A DNA stretch of 64,000 bases. It comes from Octopus bimaculoides. Its lineage: Eukaryota. Each line of letters starts with the position of its first letter. Position 1 is the stretch's first letter. The stretch spans positions 61,585,193 to 61,649,192 of the forward strand of contig NC_068993.1 in assembly GCF_001194135.2 (NCBI RefSeq), read 5' to 3'. Of the stretch, positions 1 through 12,193 are shown piece after piece. The position numbers and the translations under genes are program-made. The notes beneath the pieces were generated by a model. It saw only the letters and a list, made by a program, of their open reading frames with translations, was not told the origin of the DNA and searched no databases.

Positions 1-534
1 ATGACTTTTATCATAAATGGAGAGAAACGAGCTGATTCGATGTATAAGGGTGGAGGTGAGGGGGTATGAAGTAGAGGAGTAGAGAGATCAGGGGTAAACA
101 CTTCAACTGGTTATAATGGTGTCAGCTGAAAAAATATAAAAATATTGAAAATCTATGTTCATTGGGAAGAAATCAAATCTTATTTAATTTATTATCACTA
201 AATTCAAATAGAGTGAAGTATAACGTATTTAGATAAAATAAAATAAAATAAGATAAGATAAAGTGGAGTAAATAAATAGGCTGAATAAATAAAGCAGATA
301 AAGTAAGTATATAAATTTAATTCAACAAGAATTAAATTATATGTAATATGAGGTAAGTGAAAGCTGGAAATATAATAAGTGGTCGCTAAAGGAATTGTTA
401 TTGAAGAGGGAAGAATAAAGTAAAAGAAAATAAGGTAAGGCCAGTATATTAATTCAAGTAAGCTTATGCCATGTCACAACTATGTTTCAGTGAACACACG
501 CACACACACACACATACACACACACGGATACTTT

Positions 535-760
535 ATGATGATGGCCGTCCACTCGTGACCGAGGAAGACCATTGCAGATCTTCGAGAACATTGTGCGCTC
601 TAGGACTAACTTATATTTTGCATTTGCGGCTCCGTTGGTGGCTAATGAGCCCTGCTCTTGACAAGCATACACGTTATTTCCTGTCTGCATTTTCTATATG
701 CTGCCTTCTCAACTTTTTCGTGTTTCTTCTCTTATTCAGTTTCTTTAGTTCGTTATGATA
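535..760 (-). mobile_element. RTE-type LINE 3' end fragment
   Basis: Minus strand encodes LSRAGLISHQRSRKC (RTE C-terminal zinc-finger-like tail) followed by ...ggtcttcctcggtcacgagtggacggccatcatcat, an RTE-like 3' terminus. Confidence 0.5.
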
Positions 761-1049
761 TGTGATTTGCGCCTAATGAATATGTTTGAGTTTTCTCAAT
801 ATATAAAGAAAACTATTAGTAGCGCTTTGATACATACATTGTGGCCGGTAAATAAATAATATATNNNNNNNNNNNNNNNNNNNNNNNNNNNNNNNNNNNN
901 NNNNNNNNNNNNNNNNNNNNNNNNNNNNNNNNNNNNNNNNNNNNNNNNNNNNNNNNNNNNNNNNNNNNNNNNNNNNNNNNNNNNNNNNNNNNNNNNNNNN
1001 NNNNNNNNNNNNNNNNNNNNNNNNNNNNNNNNNNNNNNNNNTATATATA

Positions 1050-1480
1050 TATATATATTACCTGCGCTCTAATGTTGTGGAAAAATGTACGGTCACAACC
1101 TCACGTTCCAACCAGGCTAGGATCTACATCAGAAAGACGATCGACTTCAAGCGATGCTACCTTGCACACCCGATATCCTTCTCAAATAGAACTCCTTAGT
1201 AGTCTACTTCCTTCGTCACCCACATACACCGCTTCAAGACCTACACCACACCTTATACTTTGTTTAGGTCTTTAAGTTTCAGTGGAAACCACTTTAATAC
1301 AGATTACTGCATCTTTAAATTATGTTTCCCAGAGTCGATCGTCAAACAACATCAAAAGGCGACGTCTCTATTGAATTGATTCTCTGGTGTAATCTATGCT
1401 TGAAGACATAAATTCTACAGGACCTTTGCTTATTATGTAAAATTATAAATGCTCACCGTCTTAGCTACAATTCTCTTTCA
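1050..1480 (+). mobile_element. Degenerate Penelope-like element, GIY-YIG endonuclease fragment
   Basis: A frame reads ARIYIRKTIDFKRCYLAH, resembling the YIG-T--FK-RY--H motif and the 52240 fragment. Stops and frameshifts are present. Confidence 0.4.
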
Positions 1481-2479
1481 CTCATTGTATCTTCTCTTAC
1501 TAACCCCAACTCCCTTTCCATCAAACTACTTTGTACCTCACCTTAATGGTTATTGACTGCTTAATTTGTCTATAAATTAATACATTGACCTTGTCTTTGA
1601 ACTTCTTTTGAACTGACAACAATATTTCTTCGGCCAGCTATTAACTTTATCATTTTTATCTCTGGTTTTTGTCAAGTAATAATATCTTCACTTCGTGTCT
1701 CTCCCTAACCATTCCTTCTATTTCACTGTTTTCACCGCATCCTCCCACCCCACCACTTCTTCCCTACCCCACTTTGTTCTCTGTAAACCGTCAAATTTTT
1801 AAACATAGCTCCATATAAATATACGTCTTAAGCCTATCTGTGTTTATCTACCTTTCTATCTTTATAACAGCTCGATAAGGATTGAACCAATAGTTAACGT
1901 TCAATGAAGAGGCGCTGGCCTTGGATGAAGTGGCTGGAAAATACATTGATAAAAACTACTAAATCATGGCAGGGATATTAAATTTATTTCGCCATTTCTC
2001 AAGCTGATGATGCCAATATAGCAGTTTTGCAACTCGGTACGAGGTAAGTGAAGTTTAACTTAGAGCATGTGTTTTGGAAAAGACAGAGTGCGATCAAAGG
2101 AAGATAATCCACTGGACAGCAAAGAGGGCCTGGCTCTTACAAGGGCCAATTATTTCGTTCAATGTGGCCACCACCTGCAGCACGGGCAACATCAATGCGA
2201 TAAGAGAAATCCTCCCAGACGCGTATCAGCATATCAAAAGCAAGTTTATTATGGAACCAAAGAACAAATTTGCTTTGCTTGAGGCGATTTTAGAAGATAT
2301 TGACACAGAAGGGAAATGGAAAAACTTTGATAAAGCATTCAACCAGACAGCCAAAGAAGTACCCAGTGGATCATGATATGCTAATATGCGTCTGGGAATT
2401 CTCTTATCGCACTGATGTTGCCCATGCTGCAGAAAATAAAAGTTGATTGTGAGTAAACCCTTATGACTTAGCTGGAGTT

Positions 2480-2545
2480 TTCTATTGCTTTTCCTTATTA
2501 AAATATTGCGAAATGAAATCGGCTCATTCTTTTTGAATAACCCTG

Positions 2546-2547
<2 letters not shown>
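2480..2547. mobile_element. Tc1/mariner-type terminal inverted repeat (single end)
   Basis: ...gaaatgaaatcggctcattctttttgaataaccctg followed by TA and a (TA)n run. The reverse complement begins TA-CAGGGT, typical of Tc1/mariner ends. No partner end was found. Confidence 0.4.
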
Positions 2548-2607
<60 letters not shown>

Positions 2608-3064
2608 AGTGATTAGGTTGTAAAGGGTAAGAAATACGTTGATAATGTAACAATTATCAACACACTCTAATAATACGCAAAGAGTAAACTATTATAAGAT
2701 AAATGTCAAGTGAATACATCCATTTAGATTTAATTACTATAATTAGACCGAAAGCATTATAACAACTTTCTGATTACAATGGCTAATTTAAGGTAAAGTC
2801 AGAAAACACACAGTTATTAACAATGTCTGCATTTTTAAGTGATTGTTTGTGTATACGGTTATTTGTAAATATAAACATTTACGTAAGTTCTTATTTTATA
2901 AATATTTCAATCTTCCATAATTTGTTTTTAACAAAGTCAGTTTAGTAGTTGACCTATTTCAAATTGAAGGGTTTATTAACTATCACATGATATTTTGATG
3001 AACGCATATAACTGAACAACGTTTGTGCAGAGTGGATGAATGCAAGAAAGCTGCTATCTGCAAC

Positions 3065-6000
3065 ATGGAGAACACACCGAAAGATTTAACGGAAGAACTT
3101 TCTCATGAATTTGAAGGTCTGAATATTATATTTCTCTTTCATTTCATTTACTTTAATCTTATGTTTGAATGAGTTGACATATATTATTTTATGTTGCTTT
3201 TTTTTGTAAGCTGTTATATAATACCACTTGTGTGACTGATTTATTGAAATATCTAAATATCTAACAGTATTATTAACTGAGAAGACAGTTTTATAGCAAT
3301 ATTCTACAGTTATATAAAGGCGGTGAGCTGGCAGAAACGTTAGCACGTCGGGCGAAATGCTTAACGGTATTTCGTCTGTCTTTATGTTCTGAGCTCAAAT
3401 TCCCCGAGGTCGACTTTGCTTTTCATCCTTTTAGAGTCAATAAATTAAGTACTAGTTGCGCACTGGGGTCGATCTAATCGACTGGCCTCCTCCCGCAAAA
3501 TTTCAAGCCTTGTGCCTAGAGTAGAAAATAATATTCACATGTCAACTTTTTAGATTAAAAAAAAATACCCGAACAGGTTGTTCCATTGATCTGATCAACT
3601 GGAACAATCTCATCATAATCGACAGAGTACCAGCCCCCACGTTTTTTTTCCACACACCGAATTCTATGTGTAATTAAAAGTAACGTGTGCATAAATCGAA
3701 TATGAGATAATCGACAGGATATTTTGTCTTCATTGTATACACAACATTCAGGAGTATAAAGCGCAGCTATTTCATAGACAGATCAGCCACTTAACATTCA
3801 AGGTAATTATAAAGCAATATTTTGTTGTATATTGATATCACATTCAAGGTAATGAATGTGACAGAAACAGTAAAATAGCGGACAAACTGTATTGTACTTT
3901 ATTGTGTCTGGGTATATTAATTACTACTACGTTCCAACATAGCCGTGCCGTATCATATTATAGACAACTCTATACACATGCTTCAGATTGTTTCGAGGAT
4001 TTGCTTTATAAACTTCTTCCAACAATTTAAAAAAATAGTTTTGCAGCATAAACACGACAGAAGAGAAGTGAATAGCATTTTCTCAAGAACACGAGCACGT
4101 ATTTCTGTCTTGAAGTGACAAGTGTATAACAGAGATGGTTAGATATTTTCAGATATTTAGATATCCTCTTCTAATACCGAATCTTTCGCTCATTCTACGT
4201 GAGTGCATATGCTTTCAAGGTTCAAACGCAAGAATCAAACTATTTCTAAAGAAATCATGTATTTTATGGTCCTCCACAAACTTTCAAGAATCTTAGAGTC
4301 TTCAAAATAACCATAGAATTTCTACGTATAGTATTAGTTAGAAAATATTAATTGAAATGTGTGTGTACATATACATGTTATTTTTAATTTTAGATTTATC
4401 AGATTCTCATATTACCGAAGAGATATTAAAGAAATGTTGTGGATATGGACCATTTCAAAAGAAACTTACTCTCTTTGTTTTAATATACGCAATATTTGAC
4501 GGCTTGTCAATTTTAACTCTCGTGTTTATAAGAGAGCCTATCGCTTTCGGTTGTTATCCAACAAATTTCAATAAATCGTTGATACCACCAAATATTGCCT
4601 TAGATGAATTCTTAGATAATATTACTGTTGAAGAGGACAAATGCTCTGTGTATGATCTGGATATAGAAGGAAGCTTTTATGCCCTTCCCACTAGCAACAT
4701 GACAAAGGGGCCATGCAGCAATGGTCGGAAGTTCTACACTAAATTTGGTCTGTCGTCTATAATGTCTGAGGTAAGTAGATCTAATTTCATTGTTTAAAAA
4801 AAATATATTTTTAGAATTATGTGTTGTGATAATTCCAACAAAACAGTAACTTTCCCACTCAATGACTCCTGTACATATCAATGCAGAATGTCTCTTTCCT
4901 GATTCTAATAAGATTTCAGCAAAATTAGTTCAAAAGCTTACCAAATCGAATTTGTATGTGTACCAGGAGAAAGCGGAAATTTGTAAAGTTTTGTGCTGGA
5001 ACTTTTCTAACTTTAAACACAAAAGACATCACTAATAACGGGATCAAGAAAAGTTTTAATACTTCCTATGACCAAGGTAACCCCCCCCCACACAGAGTAT
5101 GGATACATATATATATAGTTTTCATGCAAAATTAAGATTGTTAAACATGGCTTTGTAATAGTGTTTAACAAGCAACTATATTACTATTGCTTATTCCCTA
5201 TTATTTTTTTCCAGTTTGATTTGGTTTGTGAAAGAGAATGGATGAACAACTTCGCAATATCTGCAATGTTTGGTGGTGTCCTAGTTGGATGTTCAGTTTT
5301 TGGTTTAGTTTCCGATAAGTAAGTTAAATTTGAATCTCCCATAATAATTTACTATGAAATTAACATATAACATTTTAGTGAAGAACTAGATTAAATTGTT
5401 AAAATGATCGTCTAAACTTTTGATTAAAAGATATGACATTATAACCAAGCATTAACAAAAGCAACGATAGATTTGCTTTTATGAACTTTATCAAAAGTTA
5501 TCACCCCAAAGCAGGACATGATAGAAGAAAACCGAGTAAACATTCGTGTCCAGCGCATCCAAATCCGATTCAATAGACAAAAAAAATTGAAATTTGTTCC
5601 CTAAAGATCATTTTGGTATCAGTGACTTAATTCGTGTCACTCGCTGTTTCCAACGTTGGTATGTATATATTCCATCATATAAAAGCACTACGGATGGTCA
5701 ATCTATTTATAAAGAACTACCAACCTTGTGGTCAATATACTGGTAGCATTGGGCAGCGAGCTGGCAGAATCGTTAGCACGCCAGACAAAATGCTTGGCGG
5801 CATTTCGTCCGTCTTTACGTTTTGGGTTTAAAATTCCGTCGAGGTCGACTTTGCCTTTCATCCTTTCTAGTTCGATAAAACAAGTACCAGTTGCGTACTG
5901 GGGCCGATGTAATCGACTTACTCCGTCCCTCGAAATTGGTAGCCTTGAAACAAAATTTGAAACTAATATTCTGCTAGTTGTATTTGGTGAAAAGATCTAA

Positions 6001-7111
6001 GAAAAGTACTGCAGTAAACAAGATCTCGTGGCTGAAGAAAGAAGTATGTTCTTTCTTTTTTGTTACTTTTATATCTGGTTGTATACATTTTTTTCTGCTT
6101 TGATGCTTAGATTCAGCAGATAGGTCTCGTATCAGTTCATATAGGTTGTTATTAGTTTATAGAAAACTGCATTGTAGTAAAAAAAAACCCCCAAAAACTT
6201 GGTTTTTATTTTCACTGCTACCATATGAGCAGGCATAGAAGTAAATAATGGAAAGGGAAGTTTCTTTGCAATGTGTTACATGTTTCTTTGCAGATTCCCA
6301 ATCAGGATATTCTCATGTTCGTTTTTCATAACAACTGAAGTCTTTCATATTAACAAGACAAAAATAACAACCACAGTTGTTCTTTTTTGTGGCTTCCGTC
6401 ACACCCCAGGTACTCCTTTGTTTCAATTTTCCTTTACCTTTTTGTCCAGTCCTAAAGGAACTCTACATAGATCTCATATAACTTATAGAATACATATGAC
6501 TTATCTTGATGTCCAAACTTTTCTCCAAAATAAGAAAGATGTGCTCGTTTCACAACAGCCAGTGATATTCTCTCTATGATTTCCTATAGTATATTTACCA
6601 CAGATGTACTAAAATGCATTTAGATTGTTCATACAAGCTCTTCGTGATGAACTCTTATTTACTTCATTAATTTCCAGAAAATAATAAAAAGTATATTATT
6701 AAATCTGGGCGACAATTTTAAAGTCAAGTTTGCAATAAAGATAATTAAATAATAGTGTAGAAGAGTAAAATATGTTGATAAACATCCTGCTACCTTGTCT
6801 GATATATATATATATATATATATATCATCATGTTGAACTGTTAATCCCTATACATATTTTTCTCTCTCCGTTTTTTATCTCTCACAATCCTTTCTGTCGA
6901 AGACTGTAGGCTCGAAACGTCAAAGTCTTTTCCATTCTTCCTGAGCGTTAAACTAAGACACCTGCTTGTTGTTCCTTCACTTGTCTTCGTCTTATGTTTT
7001 CTGTAAATTTTAACTACATACATACATACCTATATCTATCTATCTATCTATCTATCCAGTGAATTGGATGCTTAACACACTCCTTTGAAGGATTTCTTTT
7101 CCTCAGTTTGT

Positions 7112-7143
<32 letters not shown>

Positions 7144-10100
7144 NNNNNNNNNNNNNNNNNNNNNNNNNNNNNNNNNNNNNNNNNNNNNNNNNNNNNNTAT
7201 ATATATTTGTGTGTGTTTCTATGTTTCTTTTCCCTGTTTTAACCTCCTCTTCTCAAGATAAAGAATTTCTTTTATTTTTCATTCATTTACTCTATTGGAG
7301 CCAATTTCACAACCCCTTTCTATTAATCCTCATTTCCCCTTGTTACTTCTGCTTTGCGTCTCTTATAGAAAATTAAACATCAAGAACAAAATGCAGAAGC
7401 AATATTTAGACCCAATGTTTCTATATTTTACAGATTCGGCCGCTTCAAAACGTTCTTAATCGGAGAAATTGTATTCATGTGTGCCCTTTTAATCAGAATA
7501 CATTCACCAAATTATGCTGTATTTGCAATTATGTACTTCATGGAAGGATTTGGCGAGGCAGGCACATATCCGATAATATATACCCTTCGTAAGTGGTTCA
7601 AAATCCTTATATGCAAAGACGATTTGGTTTTGTTTCAGCAGATGAACGTCGATGTTGTTGGCGTATTTAGTAGCTATTGTGGTGTTTGGGGTGAAATCTT
7701 TTATGAAGTGATTATGGATAATTTATAAAACCTTTGGTCTATCATTGTTATCGAGATTTCCAGCTGGAAAGAAGCTTTACGGACAAGGAGTGCTGACAAC
7801 AGCGCTTTATTGAGACTCACGGAGACAAAACAGTTCTCTACTCTTTTATTCTGGATCCAGCTGTGTCCTTTGTAAAGACCATCCAACGGCAGATATATTT
7901 CTTCAAGTTTATCACAACGGCATGGCAAAGAATTTTGAAAGGCCAGAGGAGACAGCTTTTCTTTTGACGCAACCCCAACTCTTATGAAATTCCAAACATA
8001 ACAATTGAAAGCATAAAATTGTGGTGGTGGTAGTAGAGGAGGAGGAGGAGGAGGAGGAGGAGAAAAGTCTCCCTCACTAGTAAACTTGTTGAAATTTCGA
8101 GAAGCGAATATAGTCAATTAAATCTACAACGATCCTTGGTTGATACATAGTTTATCGATTTACTGACTCGAGAAGAAACGCCGAATAATGTAAGAATTGA
8201 CCCCCAAAACTAAAGAATATTTAACACTTGCCTCTCTAAAGTAATTTTTTTCTAAACGTCCTTGCTTATTTTGAGACTTTTCGTTAGCCATTGTGAGTCA
8301 TATAAAGATGTCGTGTCATAAGTCCCAAATTTGGAATGTGTACCATTTAAGATGCATGAACGCCAAGGAAATATGTCCTATCTTTATTACATTTGATGGA
8401 CAGAACAGGCAAAGGGTTAACTATCTTTCTTGTCCGACACTTTATTGATTCTGCCATCGACTGCTATGCCCTAAAAAATTATCATTTTTAATTTGATGAA
8501 AGGCCACATATTCTAACCCAAGTATGTTACCGATACTTATTCAGTTAGTCGACACAGGTATGATTTGAACTTAGAACGTTTTGAAAAAAATGCATAACCC
8601 TCACCAAATATTTTAGAAAGCCTTCTATCGAAATTGTAAATCAGCTGCCAAATTTTGGCATAAGGCATTGAGAGGGTTGACTATCAATTAAATAGGTATC
8701 TTATTGACTTCCGGGAAGGCGAGTGTCGATTTTGGAGGGATTAAAATTGTTGAAGTTGTAACTAAGTTCCACAAAGCTTATAATACGATGTTGCTCTACC
8801 GCATTGCATTTATAGGCAGTTGCTCTACCGATTCTAGTATCTACACTCTTCGATGAAAGAAAAAATATGTGATAATATTTGAATTTTTACTAATGTTGTG
8901 TAATAAACCCAAACATTTGATATTATCAAGAAATTACATTATGATACTTTTTCTCTATTGCAGTGCTAGAATGTGTAACAAAAAATTATCGAATGCCTTT
9001 GAATTTTGTTATTCATGGATTCTTTGCTCTTGGAGAAATGCTTGTATCTGGTATGGCGTATGTGTTTCGTGAATGGAAAGATTTACTGTTTGTTACAGGT
9101 TTCCCACACATTCTGCTGTTTATTATAGCACTCATGTAGGTATACCTAAGCAGATTGTTACCTTAATCTGTTCGGATATTAAATAACCTTGATATAAGTT
9201 AGTTCAAAGTTTATTGTATAAATGTATGTAATCATATTTCTCATGTATTCAGTTAAAGGATGTCGAAATTACGTTCCGTACGAACACAGACGCACAAAGA
9301 CACATTAGCTTGTTTTGAAACCACACACTGTTGCTTATAATTGGTTAAAGTCACACACATTTACAATTAGATCGAAAAATACTCGCACTTCACGTGCATG
9401 TATCTGTGACAGTGAGTACAGTAAGAAAAGTATATGTAGAACCAGTTACTCATGTGTACAAATTCACACACACACACACATACACACATTTAATTACATA
9501 TAACTATATTTCCGATATATTGACATATTGAGCTATCATCTAACTCTGTATATGGAGTTGAAATGAAGAGGTGGAAAACAAACCAGTTTCTGGCAGCTAA
9601 CAACTTCACAATATTCATATCACAATACTTAGATATGCCGAATACCGTCCAAATATTTATAGCTAAATCCATTAATTTCTTTAACTTGATTATAAATTGT
9701 ATTATATTGTTATCATTCCAAACTTCATTTTTACTCCCAAAAGAAATACTAGATTATCGTCATTAAAATGTTTTTTACATTCAAAGATATCTTCCAGAAT
9801 CTCCTCGATGGCAGCTTAACAAAGGAAGGTTTGAAGAAGCTGAAAAAACCTTTAACAAGATAGCAAGAACGAATAAAAGAGGCACCGTGAACACTGGGCA
9901 TATTCTTCATGAACTTCAAAGAGAATCAGAAAGTAAAATTACATTTAATGTTGAAGTAATGGAAAATATAAATGTCGAAAAGAAGGGAAAACTCAAATTA
10001 AAAAAGAAGTCCCACACAGCAATTGGTTTGTTAAAAAAACCTCGAAGAGCGATCATTTCAGCAATAATTTGGTTTAACTGGTAAATATTTTATTGTGTTA

Positions 10101-11708
10101 CAATAAAGAAAGAGACTTCTCTGGAAACTTCCACTTACGTACTTAAAACTACAGATTTATCAATGGTTCTAAGTTGATCATTAGTTAATTTTTATACTAT
10201 TTATATTGTAGGTTTGTCAACAGTATAATTTACTACGGAGTGACACTAAACTCTGTTGATATGTCCGGAAACCAGTACATAAACTATTTGATGATGGTGG
10301 TAATAGAGATTCCAGCCAGCATTATTGGATACCTAACGTTTCGCTGGTTTGGTCATCGTACGCCGATCGTTTTCTTCATGGTGTTTGGTGGAATTAACTG
10401 TATTGTCTCAAACTTTGTGCCAAAAGGTAATAATTTTTCCAACCAACTAATCTTTCTATGTTAGAAATTAAAACATTGAAGCTTGCAAAGCAATGTCATT
10501 TGGTAAGAAAATTTCACGATCTATAGTATTTGAAAAATTGACGTATTTTCGTTTTCCTTACATTTCTTTGCAGCTAATTCTTGGTTTCCCCTCATATTAG
10601 CTGTTCTCGGAAAGATGGGTGCAACCGCGTCATTTGGTGGTATCTATCTGGCGTCAACAGAAGTATTTCCAACAGTTGTACGGTAGGTAGAAGAGTTGGA
10701 CGTTTGAAACAGAATATCACATTAGTTAATCTCTAATATACTTAAGAATCTTCACATACAAACTCATACACATGTACGGTATGTATGTATGTATGCATGT
10801 ATGTATGTATGTATGTATGTCATTATTCAGTTTATTTCAAGATTTCTTGCCAATAAAGAAAGAAACGGTTTCTAACCTAGATCCAAGGCTCCTTCATTGG
10901 AATTTCAACATCAACAATAGAGTATTCTTGTTTGTAGGTATGCATGTTTTATGTATGTATATATGTACAGATTTGTATGTTTTATGTATGTATTTTCATC
11001 TATATAATTGCATATCTAAGCTTGCTCATATATATTTAAATGATAAACTTCTGGCAAGTTTTACAGATTTTTACAGCTGTATGTATGTATGTATGTATGT
11101 ATGTATGTATGGAATATATTTGTATATCTGGAACCACCTGTTAGCCACTATGATTCTCAGGTCTATTTACCGGGAGTAGCAGCAACTATGAAGGTCCTAG
11201 CTATGACATAAAGCGTATCTTGGATACCTTTAGATCCGGTGAAGTCCATTTCTTTCCAGATCCGATCACAGATGATTTCTTTCAGAAAGAGAGACAGAAG
11301 CCGGAAAGAAAAAGCGAGGGAAATAGAAATATTGACACCGTATTTGATTCGGACTTAAGCTAGAAGTTGTATTTCTCTCTAAAAAAAAAAACAAAAAAAC
11401 AAAACAAAAGAAAAAAAAAACAAAAACAAAAACAAAAACAAAAAACAAAAGGAAATCTATAACCATGTATTATATATTTTTTAATTTTATCATATTTCAG
11501 CAACAGTGGCGTGGGTACGTCTTCATCGTTTGCTCGACTTGGCAGTCTTACTGCACCATTAATTCTTGAACTCACCGTATTCGGTTCCTGGTTACCTCTC
11601 ACTGTCTACGGAGTCTTGGGCATTCTTGGTGGACTACTCATCTTCTTACTTCCTGACATGAAAGATACTTGTTTACCTCAAACATTTGAAGATATGGATA
11701 ATCTGTAG
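3065..11708 (+). CDS. SLC22/Orct-family organic ion transporter, paralog A (9 coding exons, 561 aa)
   Basis: Exons 3065-3116, 4394-4770, 5215-5318, 7434-7588, 8964-9135, 9787-10080, 10212-10426, 10574-10682, 11501-11708. All introns are GT..AG and phases chain to 1686 nt with no internal stop. SLC22 motifs: FDLVC, SDKFGR (MFS motif A), LPESPRW, YYG, EIP, TEVFPTVVR, ARLG, LPDMK. Exon 1 is inferred from homology to the first exons of B, C and D. Confidence 0.93.
3319..3533 (+). mobile_element. tRNA-derived SINE, family 1
   Basis: ggcggtgagctggcagaa head, B-box-like gagctcaaattcc, core tttcatcctt..gtcaataaattaagtac; many copies in the window. Confidence 0.85.
5751..5968 (+). mobile_element. tRNA-derived SINE, family 1
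   Basis: Same head and core as 3319-3533. Confidence 0.85.
6860..7020 (+). repeat. Short interspersed repeat carrying a hammerhead-like motif; second partial copy at about 48020-48135 (-)
   Basis: ctttctgtcgaagactgtaggctcgaaacgtcaaag...cttgttgttc...tgtcttcgtc matches the reverse complement of 48020-48135. Confidence 0.65.
10820..11078 (-). mobile_element. 5'-truncated R4/Dong-like LINE 3' end, embedded in (TATG)n
   Basis: Minus strand encodes VKICKTCQKFII* followed by a 3' UTR matching 43950-44170 (+). Flanked on both sides by (TATG)n. Confidence 0.6.
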
Positions 11709-11915
11709 AGTTGTGTCATCGTATCTTAAGATGAGCAAAGTGTGAAGAATATGCCGTAAAATGTATAAAATTCATTGTATTTGTATATTTGTTATTTAGT
11801 TATTTATTACATTTATATTGATGTCTTCCCATGGTACAAATTAAAAAAATGTACAGGTTATAATCTGTTCAATTTTTATTCCATTATATTACAGGTAATA
11901 ATATCATTATCGCAA

Positions 11916-12130
11916 GGTGGTGAGCTGGCAGAAACGTTAGCACGCCGGACGAAATACTTGGCAGTATTTCGTCTGTCTTTACGTTCTGAGTTCAAATTCC
12001 GCCGAGGTCGACTTTGCCTTTCATCCTTTCGGGGTCAATAAATTAAGTACCATTTGCGTACTGGGGTCGACCTAATCGACTGGCCCCCTCCCCACAAATT
12101 TTGGGCCTTGTGCCCAGAGTAGAAAACAAT
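11916..12130 (+). mobile_element. tRNA-derived SINE, family 1
   Basis: Near-complete copy with imperfect flanking repeat aataatat...atcg. Confidence 0.88.
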
Positions 12131-12193
12131 AATATTATGATCGTCATATGCGTAGTGAACAGGGACAATAACCAGGATGGCATATATATTCCT

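Noticed and set aside
4357-4797. ORF-track starts upstream of true exons (e.g. MCVYIYML...) as gene starts
   Set aside because: These begin in intronic sequence; splice acceptors and homologous mini first exons explain the reading frames better.
10855-10915. CCAATGA-AGG...GAAACCG in the R4/Dong-like 3' UTR as a hammerhead
   Set aside because: Core positions U4 and G5 are wrong and the second copy lacks the GAAA half.
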